From the NCBI GenBank assembly GCA_976226885.1, contig OZ320316.1, positions 17,794,001 through 17,858,000 on the forward strand: a stretch of 64,000 nt of DNA. Reading direction: 5' to 3'. The translations under genes and the position numbers were made by a program. Under the pieces are notes generated by a model. It saw only the letters and a list, made by a program, of their open reading frames with translations, did not search any database and was not told where the DNA came from. This DNA is from Iphione sp. A-MEVVRFRX5 (Eukaryota). How positions within the stretch are numbered: the stretch's first letter is position 1; the number at the start of each line of letters is the position of its first letter. This document shows positions 11,625 to 24,500 of this stretch, one piece after another.

Positions 11625-14600
11625 ATGCTTTCACTCAAGAACCGACACAGGCTACTCTCCATCTTCGACTCTGCCATAGCTCTTTTGATCATCACCCCTA
11701 GTTTAATCACCTACTGGCGAGGAATGTGGACCCTTATTGACTATTACGTCTTGCCCCATCACATTCCAGTGAACTATTGGGTATGCATTGGTATTGCTCA
11801 GCTACAAATAGTAAGTTACCTCTGTCTGCCATTTCTGTATAAACGCCTTGATCCATCACGGAAGGTTGCCTACTGGATGGCTACTCGTCTCCTCCTCTAT
11901 CTTCACGCAGTTCCATTTATGGCTTATTGGTATGGCCTTTGGCTGTTCTTAGACCATTACTTTGGCACAGAATGGCAGTATTCATTTGTGACACTGGCTG
12001 TAAGTTGGTCAACACTTCTCCTGATGTCAAGCTGCCGTAGTCTAATGTGGCCCCCATTTATTGTATCAGTGGATGGACAGCCTGACATGTTAATCGCATC
12101 TACCAGATTTAATTGCACGGTATGTTTTCCAAAAATTAATTACTTATTTTTTCAGATTCTCGAAATATATGAGTGATTATAAATTAAAATATTTTTAGTA
12201 TTCTTTTCAAATCAGGTTTAGCTATGTTAATGACATCATTCATGTAACTATAATTTTGTCAAAAATTATACCAGACCTAGCTACTGGATCCATCTAAAGA
12301 GGCACCTTCCCATGGACCTTGATGAGCCAATGTGATCATTCACTGGATTACACACACTAGATACATAAATCATGCTCCATTTTACTAGAAACCGTAGGGT
12401 TGAGACTCACATGTAGACAACAGCTGAGCCTTTGCAAGACAAACCATAGGAATATTTCACTTTTTATGGAATAGATATAAGAAAGTCCTTTATGCTTATA
12501 TACCACATAGATACTATATTTTTGTAGTACATCAAACATATATGGTTTTGGAAATACACCAGAAAGGGTTTTCGTGCTCTATACTCAGACACCTGCAAGC
12601 ATTTCGTTCTCATATCCAAGCCTCTCATCAGTGTGTAATCCAAAAACCTGGCAAGTAACAGTTAACCTCTCAGTGGCAATTCTAGCAGAAAATGAAGTAT
12701 ATGAAATATTGATGGACAGAACAATGAAGGGTACACTGAGAGCAAGATGAGGAGCAACAGAGATTTCAAGAATAATTGGCATATCAGAACTCTTCATGCA
12801 ACCATGATAAAGAGCCTTTACATTAAATCATGGGGAATAAGAGAGTGAGACAAAACATTACCCTTTTGTGAGCTGAATTGGATGGGATTTTGGCCACAAA
12901 TGATTTTATCATATCACTGACCTTTTAATTATAATATACATTATATTTCAACCTATTTACTGCATGCTTTTAGGTAAATGACAGAAAATCTTCTTGACTA
13001 GGCTGTTTTCCAGAAGTTTATATCAAGTCATCCTTTGAAAATGTTGATGGGTAAAAAGCAAATATTGAGAAAGAAATCCAAAATTGTTACAACAGCAGAT
13101 CTCTTGGTACTCTCAGTATTCTCACTGCTCTATTTCTTACACTGTCAGCCCTTTTCTGTGCATTATTTTTCCGTGTAGATGACAATGTTGTCTTGTCCAG
13201 AGACATTAAGCAATGTTGAACCTAGTTAAGAAGTAACTGAATGGCTAGCCATCTTCTGTGTGATTCCACGAAGTGTGCAAGTGAGGGGTGGCCCTAAGGC
13301 ACACCTAGACATGGATATGGGAGAAACCTTCAGACTCAATGGAGCACAGATAAGGTAGCTTGCATTGACTGTGACATCATAGCTGGACCCATCTTCCCTA
13401 GCACTCAGCAACACAGCTGACTTCTCCTCCTGTTGGCGTGAATGTTTTCTGAGTACAGACTGTCCTGTAAGCACCTCTGGTGCAACAATAGCTTGACTGG
13501 TGCCCAGCTCCCAGGATGCTGAATTAGATGAAAATACAGTAGTAGACTCCTCTTCCTGTTGGCATGAATGTTTGCTGAGTACAGATTGTTCTGTATGTAC
13601 CTCTGGTGCAACAATAGCTTGACTGGTGCCCCAGTAGACAAGCTTCCAGAATGCTCAATTAGATGAAATACAGTAGTAGACTCCTCTTCCTGTTGGTGTG
13701 AATGTTTGCTCGCAGCATGCTCAATTAGATGAAATAAATATATACAGTAGCAACTCGCCAAGGCCACCAGCTGTGGGGGTTGGACAAAAGTGCCCACATC
13801 TGCAAGGTGGTTGTACTTCTGCATAACTTTTACATTAAAATTACATCAATCGGACTGGCTGAAAGTCATAAATGTGAGGTGACCACCTATTCGAGCTGCC
13901 TGTCAACTGGGTTGTGACTGTGTAGCCTCTGATGACTTCCTGAGTTCCTCCCTCAGATGAGGACTTGGTAGAAATCTCAAATAATAATGGGTTGTAACCG
14001 CTGGCATTATCAATTTTTGTTAATCCTAGGGTTTTGCATCTCTCACATGTCTATACCTTGCTAAATTTTTCTAATGTTATACTACACTATATAGTTATCA
14101 CTAGGTGACCCAGATTGTTTTAACTATGCATAGTTAAATATCATTGTGTACATGTATATGGAGATTTGGGTCAGTTGACTTTAATTTGTAGGACACAATG
14201 ATTATGGATAGTTACCCTTAGGCAATCAAGAGCATTTCAACACTGCATGAGTAACTATCATTCTATACCTGGAGACACGGGTAAGTTGCCTTTAAGTGAT
14301 GGAACCCAATGATAATGCATAGTTACCACTGGGTGACCCAGATTGTCTCAACATTGTATGACTAATTATCATTCATTTAAAGCAATTATAATTTCGCATG
14401 TACCATTTTTGTCATGTTCTGAATGTCAGTTCTGTAGTACACCTAAGATGGTCAACTATTCTGGATGAAAACCTCTGCATCACTGGAAATTCCTGAAAAA
14501 TAATAATAATACAAGCAAAGTTATCTATGGGAATAGTGAATAAAATGATGGTCCGAAACTGTATGTACAAAATAAAGAAAACTCAAGTGCAATGCAGTCA

Positions 14601-17297
14601 GGTAAAGATGCATACAAATATTCACAGCACAGTACAAACAAATCAATATGACATCATTGCAATGGCCAACAGACCCTGAATAGAAATCAATTCAATTCAA
14701 CTGGATGTATGGAAATGTGGGTAAGTTGCTTCTACACAACGATGATGTATATAGTTACCCCTAGGTGACCCATTGTTTCAACATTGCATGACTGAATATC
14801 ATTCTACATATATTGAGACATGAGCCAGTTGCCTTCAAGTAGTGGAACAAGGTGACTGCCATGTTACTGAAAAGACTAATTCAAGGAAAGTGCCTTTTCT
14901 CAAAACGTATTCTGCAATTAGGTCTATGACATTGGATATTACAACTGTATACGTCATTGATTTATGCAGTCTTACTGAACATATTCACTGATCGCTTTTG
15001 GGATGATAAATCCTCCCACAGCCAAGCGTTATAACCACATGTTTCTGGCATAGACAAGCTGTAGTTTCTCTAGGCCTTTTCAATGGTAAAAAGCTCATCT
15101 TTCACTGTTAATAACATAAGATGTATTCGATGGAAAAATACAAAGATTGTTCTGAATCATAGTTAATACATATTCTTCAGGCACACAAAAGGAAATAATT
15201 CTATCTGTAATATTAACAGAGGTATTTAATCTTCCCATTGAATGCAATGCTGGGCAACTTTGTTTGTCTATAGTGCAAGTTCCCATGCTTTGGGCAGGAT
15301 GCGCTGTGATTGGTCCTGCTTAAGTGTCACTCAAAAAAACGAATGGTGAATTGAGTCACAGCCGAGGATACACAGGCCAATGGATGATCCCCCCTTACAG
15401 ACCGGGTGGTCTAACTATGGCATTTGACTAGCAAGGACTATTTCAGCCAGACTGATCACAAATGGATTGAATCACTACAACATCATTTTCTAAATTACAT
15501 GTCCAAAGTCCCACGCAGACACCTCGTCTCTGCTAGTACCAGACAATACAGTCATATACTCCAAATGGACGAACAAACAATGCAACAATGTGATGCCCAC
15601 CAGAAAGTTTCAAAATTGGTTGTCTCTTACTTGATACCAACAGCTGGAATTATTAGTCTCCTATTTCATAACAATGGATCACAATGAAGATGAATGAAGG
15701 TGGCCCAGGCTAAGACATCCAAGCTATCGAATGGCTGTCTACAGTACAAGACCTGCTCAACCCTAAGGCCAAAAAAAACAATAAGTGTGTTTCTGGTCAC
15801 CCATCCCTCTCTAGTAAAACCTCACCCTACCTGAAGATTTTCTGGCCCCAAAAAGTTACCAAGGATGAATTTCCTTAGATATGTGTTTTCACAGCACATA
15901 TTTTTTGTAAATTCAGTATAAAAACAACTAAATCCATGGAAATTCAGCAAAAAACTGTAAAACTCATGTAAATTGGTCAAAATTCTTTATATTGTCTTTA
16001 TTATCATTGAAAACGATAGGGAGGAAGTGGAAAAAAATTTATAAAAAATGTTCTGGTCATTACTACACAAATAAAAAGCAGAAGCGATTGACAAGGTGCA
16101 TGCTACAATATATGCCAAAAACAGAATAGTTTTCCAAATAAGTCAATGAGAGTCACTGTATATGTCTAATGTACATCATTTATGAGGTAATAAATGAAGA
16201 GCAAGACACCTTTAAGCTCAGCTGGAACCTATGCTGTCTTTTTATATATCTCTTGACAAGTACAAATATATTTGCCAAAGAAATGTTTTTACAAAAAAGT
16301 CATCAAAATCACCTATTTCACCAAATGGTGCAAAGTTTGAGGTCAACATTATGAACATAGACATATCATCTTTTTTCATAAATAGACATGTAATTGTATG
16401 TTTATATTCCACCTTTATCCTATTATTTTTATCTAGGTTAGAAAGAGTGGATGGAAAGACTACATTGCAGATGCCTTCTTCTCTCAGATCATCCTGTGTG
16501 GTCTTGCAATTAGTTCCTGGCGTTCCATGTTTTCTGTTATCGGGATATATTTCTTCCCTGAAGATGAACTAAAGTCATACATTGTCTCAACAGCAATAGG
16601 TACTGGTGGTTCCATCTTACTTCTTACTCTACAAGTACCTCTGGGATGGATCTCAAAAGAACTTTCGAATCGCAGACATTTTGTTCTTAAACTCATCTGG
16701 GAAGATTTTGTTTACACTGTAACCTTTGTGGTGCTTGCCCTACTATATAGAGGTGTGTGGAACCTTAGCGAGAAATATTTCCTTCCTCAAATGCCTCTTG
16801 GTGGTTGGGTCAACATGCTGATTGGTTCGGTAATGCTGATTGGTATGCAAGCAATGTCTTCAGTGGCTTCCTTTGGAGTTACTATAGATGGACAGGATCC
16901 TGCTGGAGAGGCATTCTATCCTGTGTATTACCTGAGAATATTTCTGAGCAACTCAAACCATGAAAACAGCAATGAAGAGGTAAGTATGTATGGGTAATTT
17001 GATATTATTGTAAACATTTTTTGTATCAGAAAGCATATTGTGTAATCTAAGCATTTGCGTTGAGTCCATCTGTTGTTTATCAAAATAAAGTATACCTGGT
17101 CTCAGAACAAACCAAGCAGTTTCAGCAGACCAAGAATATGAATGCTATACATAGATTACGAAGATATTTGTTTCATTTAGGCATTACAAATTCTTATTAA
17201 TCTGCAGAGAATCAACAACAAGGAAAGTGCAGAAAACCCTGGGGTAATGCCAGTTATCAACAAAGGCTACATTCAAGAAAACAAGGTAACTGAATAA
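11625..17297 (+). CDS. fusl: Fuseless-family multi-pass membrane protein; join(11625..12119,16437..16979,17208..17297), ~375 aa
   Basis: Repeated hallmark motifs YWRGMWTLID, YWYGLWLFLD, SSWRSMF and LYRGVWNL, plus PPFIVSVDG...TRF. GT-AG introns are all phase 0. An acceptor 22 nt upstream of the ATG implies an unseen 5' UTR exon. Confidence 0.85.
13410..13730. repeat. ~125-bp tandem repeat (about 2.6 copies) in fuseless intron 1
   Basis: GACTCCTCTTCCTGTTGG..TGAATGTTTGCT...CTCTGGTGCAACAATAGCTTGACTGGTGCCC...AATTAGATGAAATACAGTAG repeated. Confidence 0.8.
15767..16060. mobile_element. Partial PIF/Harbinger-type MITE (same family as 58845-59183)
   Basis: TAA|GGCCAAAAAAAA...GTGTTTCTGGTCACCC resembles the TIR of the complete copy; right end not found. 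Confidence 0.5.
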
Positions 17298-18099
17298 GGA
17301 GACCAGTGAAAATAACTCGAGTAGATTCATTTTTCCCACAAACTCATACAAGTTTACCACGACTAGATGAACTTATCCTTATGCTGACAGTTCTAGCAAA
17401 TTGTACTTCTGCACCAAGTAGCTGTGATAGGTTCTTATAAGTACCAATAAGAGTAATATGTTTGTTTTTGCAAATGACCCACTCCTCCTCTATAGTTAAA
17501 AGTTGCCAATCACTGGTATGTAATTATGTATTGCCTCCCTAGTCTCAACAGTCAGAGGATCATTACTGCAAGTCATTATGAGCTAACATAGCCATGGGTT
17601 TTTCACTAGCCATGGTCTTGAACCATTATCTAGAGTGTAATGTAACAGAGGCAGGTCTGCTTCCTCCTGAAGTAGAGGTCATAGGACCCCTAGTGGACAG
17701 TCAGAGATGTTATTGTGTTATAAATGCACAAAGTGTTGATACCAAGACTGTTTTACTATTCCAATAACACTTCTGGAATGGAGATTTTCTAGCATTACTG
17801 CCTTTGTTTGCTAAGATAAGTAAAAGACATGCTTGGAAAACTAGAGTTTATTATAGATAATGCTCAAACTTTTACAATAAAATAGACTCTGCAGGTATAC
17901 CATCAAATAAAACTTACAAAATACAACAAATAATTACAAAATAGTTCAATAAGGTGCAGGTGGGCAGATATATAAATAAAACTGCACCAACTGAGGTGGG
18001 GTAGCAAAGAGAGGTGACTTATATACATTCTGAGGTGGCGTCCTCTGCAGCAATGATTGCACATCACATACCACACCATCTTATGCAACTTAAATAAAC

Positions 18100-20260
18100 A
18101 AGTGTTACATAACTATTACATACCTATCACTGTATATAAGGTGTGATGTCTTGCTGAATAAGCAGACACTCTCTCCTACACTTTGAGAAAGACACCCAGC
18201 ACTGCACTTGGAGTTAATCAGATTTTCTTGTGTGGACATTCTTTATTTTCTAAGCATCTTCTGAGCCATGATCTGTTCGTCATCAGACCAGGATTATATT
18301 ACATTATATGGTAGCTGCTATGGGATTTTCTCTCACAAAAAGGGACCAGAGGGAAGACAAGGACCTGTGCATCTGATGAGTGATGGCCATGGTTCACAAG
18401 GAGAGGATCGAGGAAGCACATGTGAATCCTCATCCCAACAGAGCACCACCATAACATGACCCCAAGAGAGGAGCAGAGAATCAAGAAGCATATGGAGCAG
18501 GGGTGGAAGAACCAGATTTGGAATTGAACAAAGGACGAGAACAAGTCCCACATCAGGACAAGCTCCAGGATCAGGAACTACAATACCAAGGACAAGACCA
18601 TGGAGTGGGTGAGCAGCAACCATGCACAGGGAAAGCTGTCCCTACCCCTGCACCTGGGCAGGTGTGGGATAATGCCCAAAGGTGTGGAGAGGACCCTGCA
18701 CCCCATCTGCACCCCACCTATAGATCCAAATTTACCAGGAAGTCCACATATTAAAGTCTGAACCTTCAAGAATTCCCAGTGGGATAGCAAGAGGGAGCCA
18801 CAGACTTCTGACTAAGGAGGGATGGCAGAAGAGTTTGGTGAGTTCTCAGCATGGAGAAAATAAAAGGGAAGTTGCAACACAGATGGAAGAGTCTGTGAAA
18901 GCACATGTCCTCCTCACAGAAATAGTCTCACCAAGAATAAACAAAACTACCCTCTTGCTTCACTCTATTCAAGCTGGAGCAATACAATTGGAAAGTGGAC
19001 TGTAAGGATGGCATTCTTAGATTAAGAAATGGGTCAAAGTCAGCAGTTAAGACAATAAGACCAAGAAAAGTATGTTGGCATTATCCTTGACATGAATTGC
19101 TCAATACAGATGGCACATGGAGCAGATGCTGCTATGCCCATACAAATTGCACTAAATGCCCACTGATGACATTATCCCAACCCTCCTTGAGATAAGATAA
19201 ACATGTACTTAATTTCAAATCTTATTAACTCATTTCAGAATGTCTTTTCATGGTAAAGAATAATTGTACACTGGAAGTTACATACAAATCCTGTTTATAA
19301 TCTCCAGAGAAAATAAGTATTAAACTTCACTCTATTCAAGCTGGAGTGATATAATTGGAAAGTGGACTGTGAGGATGGCATTCTTAGATTAAGAAATGGG
19401 CCAAAGGCAGCAGTTAGGACAATAAGACCAAAACAAGTATGGTCGCATTATCCTTGATATGAATAGCTCAATACTTCTACAAAGCCTTGACTTCAGCAGA
19501 GACATCTACATATGAGAAGGCATATAGACAGTCCTGAACCGTTTCAGACAGGGATGAGAGAAAGTTTGAGCAGGTGAAAGTAATGGAAGAATTAACAGAA
19601 TATTTAAGAGACTCTTTGAGTGATCTAAGAAACGTTTCTCTCCAGAACAGTAGAATGTAGTTCAGAAAGTATCAGTAGAATTGAAGACAACTTTCACTTC
19701 TGAAGGTGGCAGTAAATAATGTACCAGAGTAATGAAACATAGTATAGATGTACAGGGGAATCCTCCCATAAAGCAAAGAGTCCATCGTCTCTCCGTAGGG
19801 AAATGTCACAAAGAGCAGAAATGGACACAAGAAATTTTGAATACCAGAATGATCTGAGAAAATATCAGTCCTTGGGTCAGTTCCATAGAAATAGTTAAAA
19901 ATGAAGGCAGGAACTACACATTTTTGTGTAGATTACCAGAAATTGAAAGAAATCATGATGAATAACACCTGTTCCCTACCTTGGATAGATGACTCCCTTA
20001 ATGTAGTTCTCAGAACATATTTCTGCTCACTTGATCTGACCAGCCTATATTTGCAGGTACTGGCCAAGAATAACAGAAAATGTACAAGAATATGTATCAA
20101 GATGTATTTGCTCACAGCTACTCAAAAAGCCAATTGTCAATATTTGGTAGGTGAGCCAATGGAATGCTCATATATCTACATGTGAGAGAATTGAATCTCA
20201 GATGACATGTAGTACAGACGACAACTAGAGGAAAAAGGATGGTAGTGCATAAGAACAGAA
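18100..20260 (+). mobile_element. Heavily decayed second Gypsy retroelement (LTR-like start, gag/pro remnants, RT fragment)
   Basis: 19740-20080 reads IDVQGNPPIKQRVHRL...ISPWVSSIEIVK..GTTHFCVDYQKLKE..SLPWIDDSL..YFCSLDLTSLYLQV (RT motifs). TGTATATAAG at ~18132. A ~150-bp direct repeat at ~18958-19108 and ~19325-19475. Confidence 0.8.
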
Positions 20261-21749
20261 TCTATGAATTTTAGGGAAAAGGTATTCCAAAATGGGTTTA
20301 AAAAATTATGGGGAAGAAATTCAAGGAGACTGATCACATTGAATCTACGTTATAATCTAGGAAGAAATGGGGACAAAAATTAATGGTCATCATCCGCTGC
20401 CCAGGTGGCAAGTTTATCCACAAGGGTGTGTCATCCAGTAGTTTTGACCTCTGTCTCCAAATCAGAAGAATCCTTGATGATTTCATTGAATTTGGTCTCC
20501 AGAGAGGAGTCAGACATTTGTAGGTAACCTTTGTGCTCTGGAACTCTGGCAGCAAGAGGCAAGGATCTATGAGCAGATTGTCCTTCAGGGTAGGCCAGGC
20601 CTACAGCGTCTTCCAAAGACATGCTGTCCGGGATGATTAACTCAAAAGTGTCACCATTGGAGGAAACCTCCATGGCATCCAAGGTGTTTTTCCCCAAAGA
20701 GCTGTAAATGTGCTGAACTCATTTTTCAGGAAGTATGGTTAAGACTAGTTGCCATTGGTTGCTATAAATTACCAGAATCCAGCTATACATTGATCTGTCT
20801 ACATTGAACTGGATCCTGTGCCTGGGTATAGCATAGGGTCAAACTGAAGGATCCTCCTTCAGATCCACTACTTGAATAATGTCAGAACTGGTGAGGGCAC
20901 ATTCTGTGTTGTGTCCCTCTCCAATGATATTCTTAACTCCCTTATAGAGAATAAATAAATTATCCAGATTCTGTTCCGTATGCATGCCTGCTTCTATATT
21001 CTTTCAAAAAGAACCAAAAATGCTACTTAGAATTTGTAAGGATCTTAAGTAGTCAAGGAAAACTTTTGGAGGAAAAGAATCCTTAAGAAACATTAACATT
21101 ACCACAATTCAAAAAAAACTGTTTTGAGTAAGCAATTCAAACATTCTTGAAAATTTCAAAGCACTTTATTCATCAAAATCTGGTTCCCACTTAAAGAAGG
21201 GGAGAATGTAGCAGAGGCAGATCAGCCTCCTTCTTGAGTAGGGACATGGTCAATTGTGACCGGTTCTGGCGAAATGAGTCGGGAGTTGGCAAAATCAAAT
21301 TCACGTTACACATTCCATCAAAAAACGCTAAATCTTACCTTTCTAATAAGGTATAGCATGTCTTCCTACCGTAATTAGGCAAAATATAGTGATGTGACAA
21401 AGTTATGTAGTGATGCGGTAAACCGTAAATCAGAAACTGAGATATTGGCCTTTCAGGTTTGGTAGGCGCACTCTACCATGGTCTTCCTTAGCAATGGATT
21501 TTTTCTTATTTCTCAATCTTCCTGAAACTCAAGATAGTCTATCTAAACTATCTAAGCTACAAAATATCAAAGAATCATGTATTTAGAGGTATAATATGTT
21601 ATTCATGCTGGCCTCTGAAAATGTGACAAAATCTCGCTGTGGAATGAAAACTAGAAAGGCAAGCACAAAGTATCACAATACCTCTATCTAGAAGCTTAAA
21701 AGGGCTGTAGGTTGACCGTGGTCTTGACAAATAGTCTGTGTAAGTGTTC

Positions 21750-24500
21750 ATAGCTGTCTTTGGTTGATTAAAAGCATAGTTTTGGAGGTTTTAATAATAT
21801 AATAATTATAATAATGAACTGTCTTTAACAAAGTCTTTGTGGAAATTATTAGTAAGCAACCACTTGTGGTTTTTGATTCTAGTCAAGTAGACAATCAGAC
21901 ATTTAAACACAAACAGTAGAACAAGTTCATCTGGTCTTTTTGGGTTGACCACGACCTTCTTTAGCACACTTAGGTTGCGGTTGTGGCTATGGCTCTGGTT
22001 CAAAGTCAGAGTCCTGGTCCAAGCTGGGGCTCTCCATTTGTTTGAACATCTCCTCCTCCTCTGAAGTGTCCATGGTCTGGGCACGCCCACAGCCCCTACC
22101 TCTATCTCAGTCCCAGCCTCTGCCTCATGCAGGGCCTTTCTCAGCAGGTCTGGAGCTGGGCCTGTAGCAGGTCCTGGATCTGTGTCTGACTCTGCTTCTG
22201 TCACAGCGGGCTCAGGAACAGAGGCCTTCAGACACATGATGTCTTTAGTCTCCTCTGTGCAGAAGTCTCTGATGTTCTTCAACAGATACTATTGTCTCTT
22301 GGTAGACAAACCGGGAGAGGGAAGAGGTAGGGGAGGGTCCTTGAAGACAACTTGGGGGTTAACACTTAGCATCTTTAAAGTGTTTGGCTGGCTGTCTGCA
22401 TACTGACAGAAGGAGATAAGCTCGGGACTCTGGTTTGAGAACTCAAAATGGAGAAGTTGCTTAATACCTTGCAAATGTCAGACAAAAGGTGAGAAGAAAG
22501 CTTGCCAGTCATAAGATGGCACATGAACATTCCCCGACTCATTGCCAACAAGTTGGGGAAGATTGACCTGATCCTGGGTACTCTTAAGTACTATCTGAGA
22601 CAACTGGGATAGGCTAGAGACAGACTCATGCCGAAACTTCTGTTTCAGCAAACCAAAGCATCAGTCTGGGACAAACTTTATGTGGCCAATAATAAGAAAG
22701 TTAAGAGTGATTGTTTGGTGCTGACCAGTCAGGACCCTCCACATGAGATATGCAAGCACCCAATTGTTCTTGTTTTGGCCACTGCAGTTGCCACAGTCAG
22801 ATCAACAGAGTATGACCCCAGATCAAACATCTCAAAATAGTGCTGCAAATATGAGATTACATCATTGGCTCCCTTACTCTCACAGTGTCGCTCATCTATA
22901 AGATAGTTGACCTGCTTGGGAATAGCCTCATTACACACCCCAAAGATACCCACCTTCTGTGGGACTAGAAAATAATGTGGCCCAGGCTGCATGGGGAAAG
23001 AGGGGAGGTGGACCTGCTGGGCATAGTTAAAACTGATGTAAGTAGCTATGTCAACAGAACAGGGTGGGTGTGGACCAAGGGCTTGGGCATTGGCTTCCTG
23101 ATATGCAGCCTTGGCATTCTTCACCATATTCTGATAAAATATCCTTTCTGCTGTTACTACCTCCAGATGTTTCTGCTGTTTTTTAAGTTTTGCTGCCTTG
23201 ACTACCTCAGGGAGATTACTACATGAGGAAATGTCCCTGTAGTTACATTGACATTCCCAAAATAGGTCAGTTCTGGGGCAGAAACAAGATATACGGGGGA
23301 GAAGTTACAGCCACAGATTATTGGAATGTAGACAAAGGCATTGGACTCTGCATACAAGGTGATGAACCATGCAACTCTCTGGATGTTGGTGGGGTGGAGG
23401 ATCTTGGTTTTGGACTGTCTGCCACCAGCCCTCTTGACATGGGGGACAATGTCGTTGTTCTTATACCAGTGAATAATGCTGGTGAGGAAGGCAAAGTTGA
23501 ACACCCTTAATATCTAACCAAGACAGAAGGCCATTAGTGCAAGTAGGTTGTAACGTCTAATTGGTGGGTGGTTACATACTCCAAATCTATGACTCTCTGA
23601 CATATTTATCTATTAATCTACTATTACCGCTATAAATACAGGGAAATTACATTTTATCATTATGGTACCTGGAAGGAAATACAAGTATAAGGGATACTCA
23701 TGCATACATAAACTTAAAGGTATCCCTGCAAATGACCTTGGAACCAATGATGTAGTGGCTGTGTCGAGCACTTCCCCTTGTCCTCCTTCTTCCATGTTGA
23801 TGTCATGGTACTTATGTCTGTAACTGTAACTTATTATGCCTTGGAGTGGCATCTTCTTTTCCCCTAGAAGAGATGGGTATACATAACAAGATGGATAGGA
23901 TTGACATGGTGAAATTGACAAGTTTATAATAATAATTTTGGCCAATGTCAAATTAAAGTGATCTTTGGAAAATGGTTGCTGATAGTCTCAACAAGTTTTA
24001 CAACAAATTTGGGACCACAAGTCATCATTAAGGTAGATTAAAAATGGCCCTAACTGTGATGGCAATGGTAAAAAGCCTATTCTAATAAGATCGCAAAATA
24101 CTTCAGAATCTGCAAGGGGATCTACAACTACAGAGACAAAAATATAATAGGTTTTTTCTTAGATTGTTGTGAGCAATTACAAGTCACCATTATGGCAAAT
24201 TCAAAAAATTCACCTGATGTTTTTGCAGCATGTCCACTCGTCTTTCAGGATCTCCTCTGTAGGATCAGTGAATACCAGTGAATCATCAATCCTCTAAGGG
24301 TTCCTCCTCTTCCTCAGATTGTTCTTCCATCTCCTTGACATCCTCCTCTTCCATCAAGCCCTCCTCTACCTCCTCCTCATAGAGAAAGTACTCATCAATA
24401 AGATTCCGCCATTGTGCCTCTCCAGCCACGCCCTGTAAATTGGCCCAACTGATGTTGTTTAAAGTGTCTGCTAAGGTTTGGGCCCAATTCATGGCCATGC
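21750..24500 (-). pseudogene. Sola-like DDE DNA transposase, disrupted
   Basis: SFNYAQQVHLP..QPGPHYFLVPQKVGIFGVCNEAIPKQVNYLIDE; CGNCSGQNKN (the expected Asp of DNC is Gly); GHIKFVPD*CFGLLKQKFR; VPSYDWQAFF; C-terminal GLSTKRQ*YL..IRDFC; acidic N-terminus at 24286-24498. TIRs not found. Confidence 0.75.

Noticed and set aside
20330-21000. Minus-strand degenerate frame with a faint Ulp1/SUMO-protease-like segment (QWQLVLTILPEK*VQHIYSSLG)
   Set aside because: Catalytic His, Asp and Cys cannot be placed; similarity is too weak to call.
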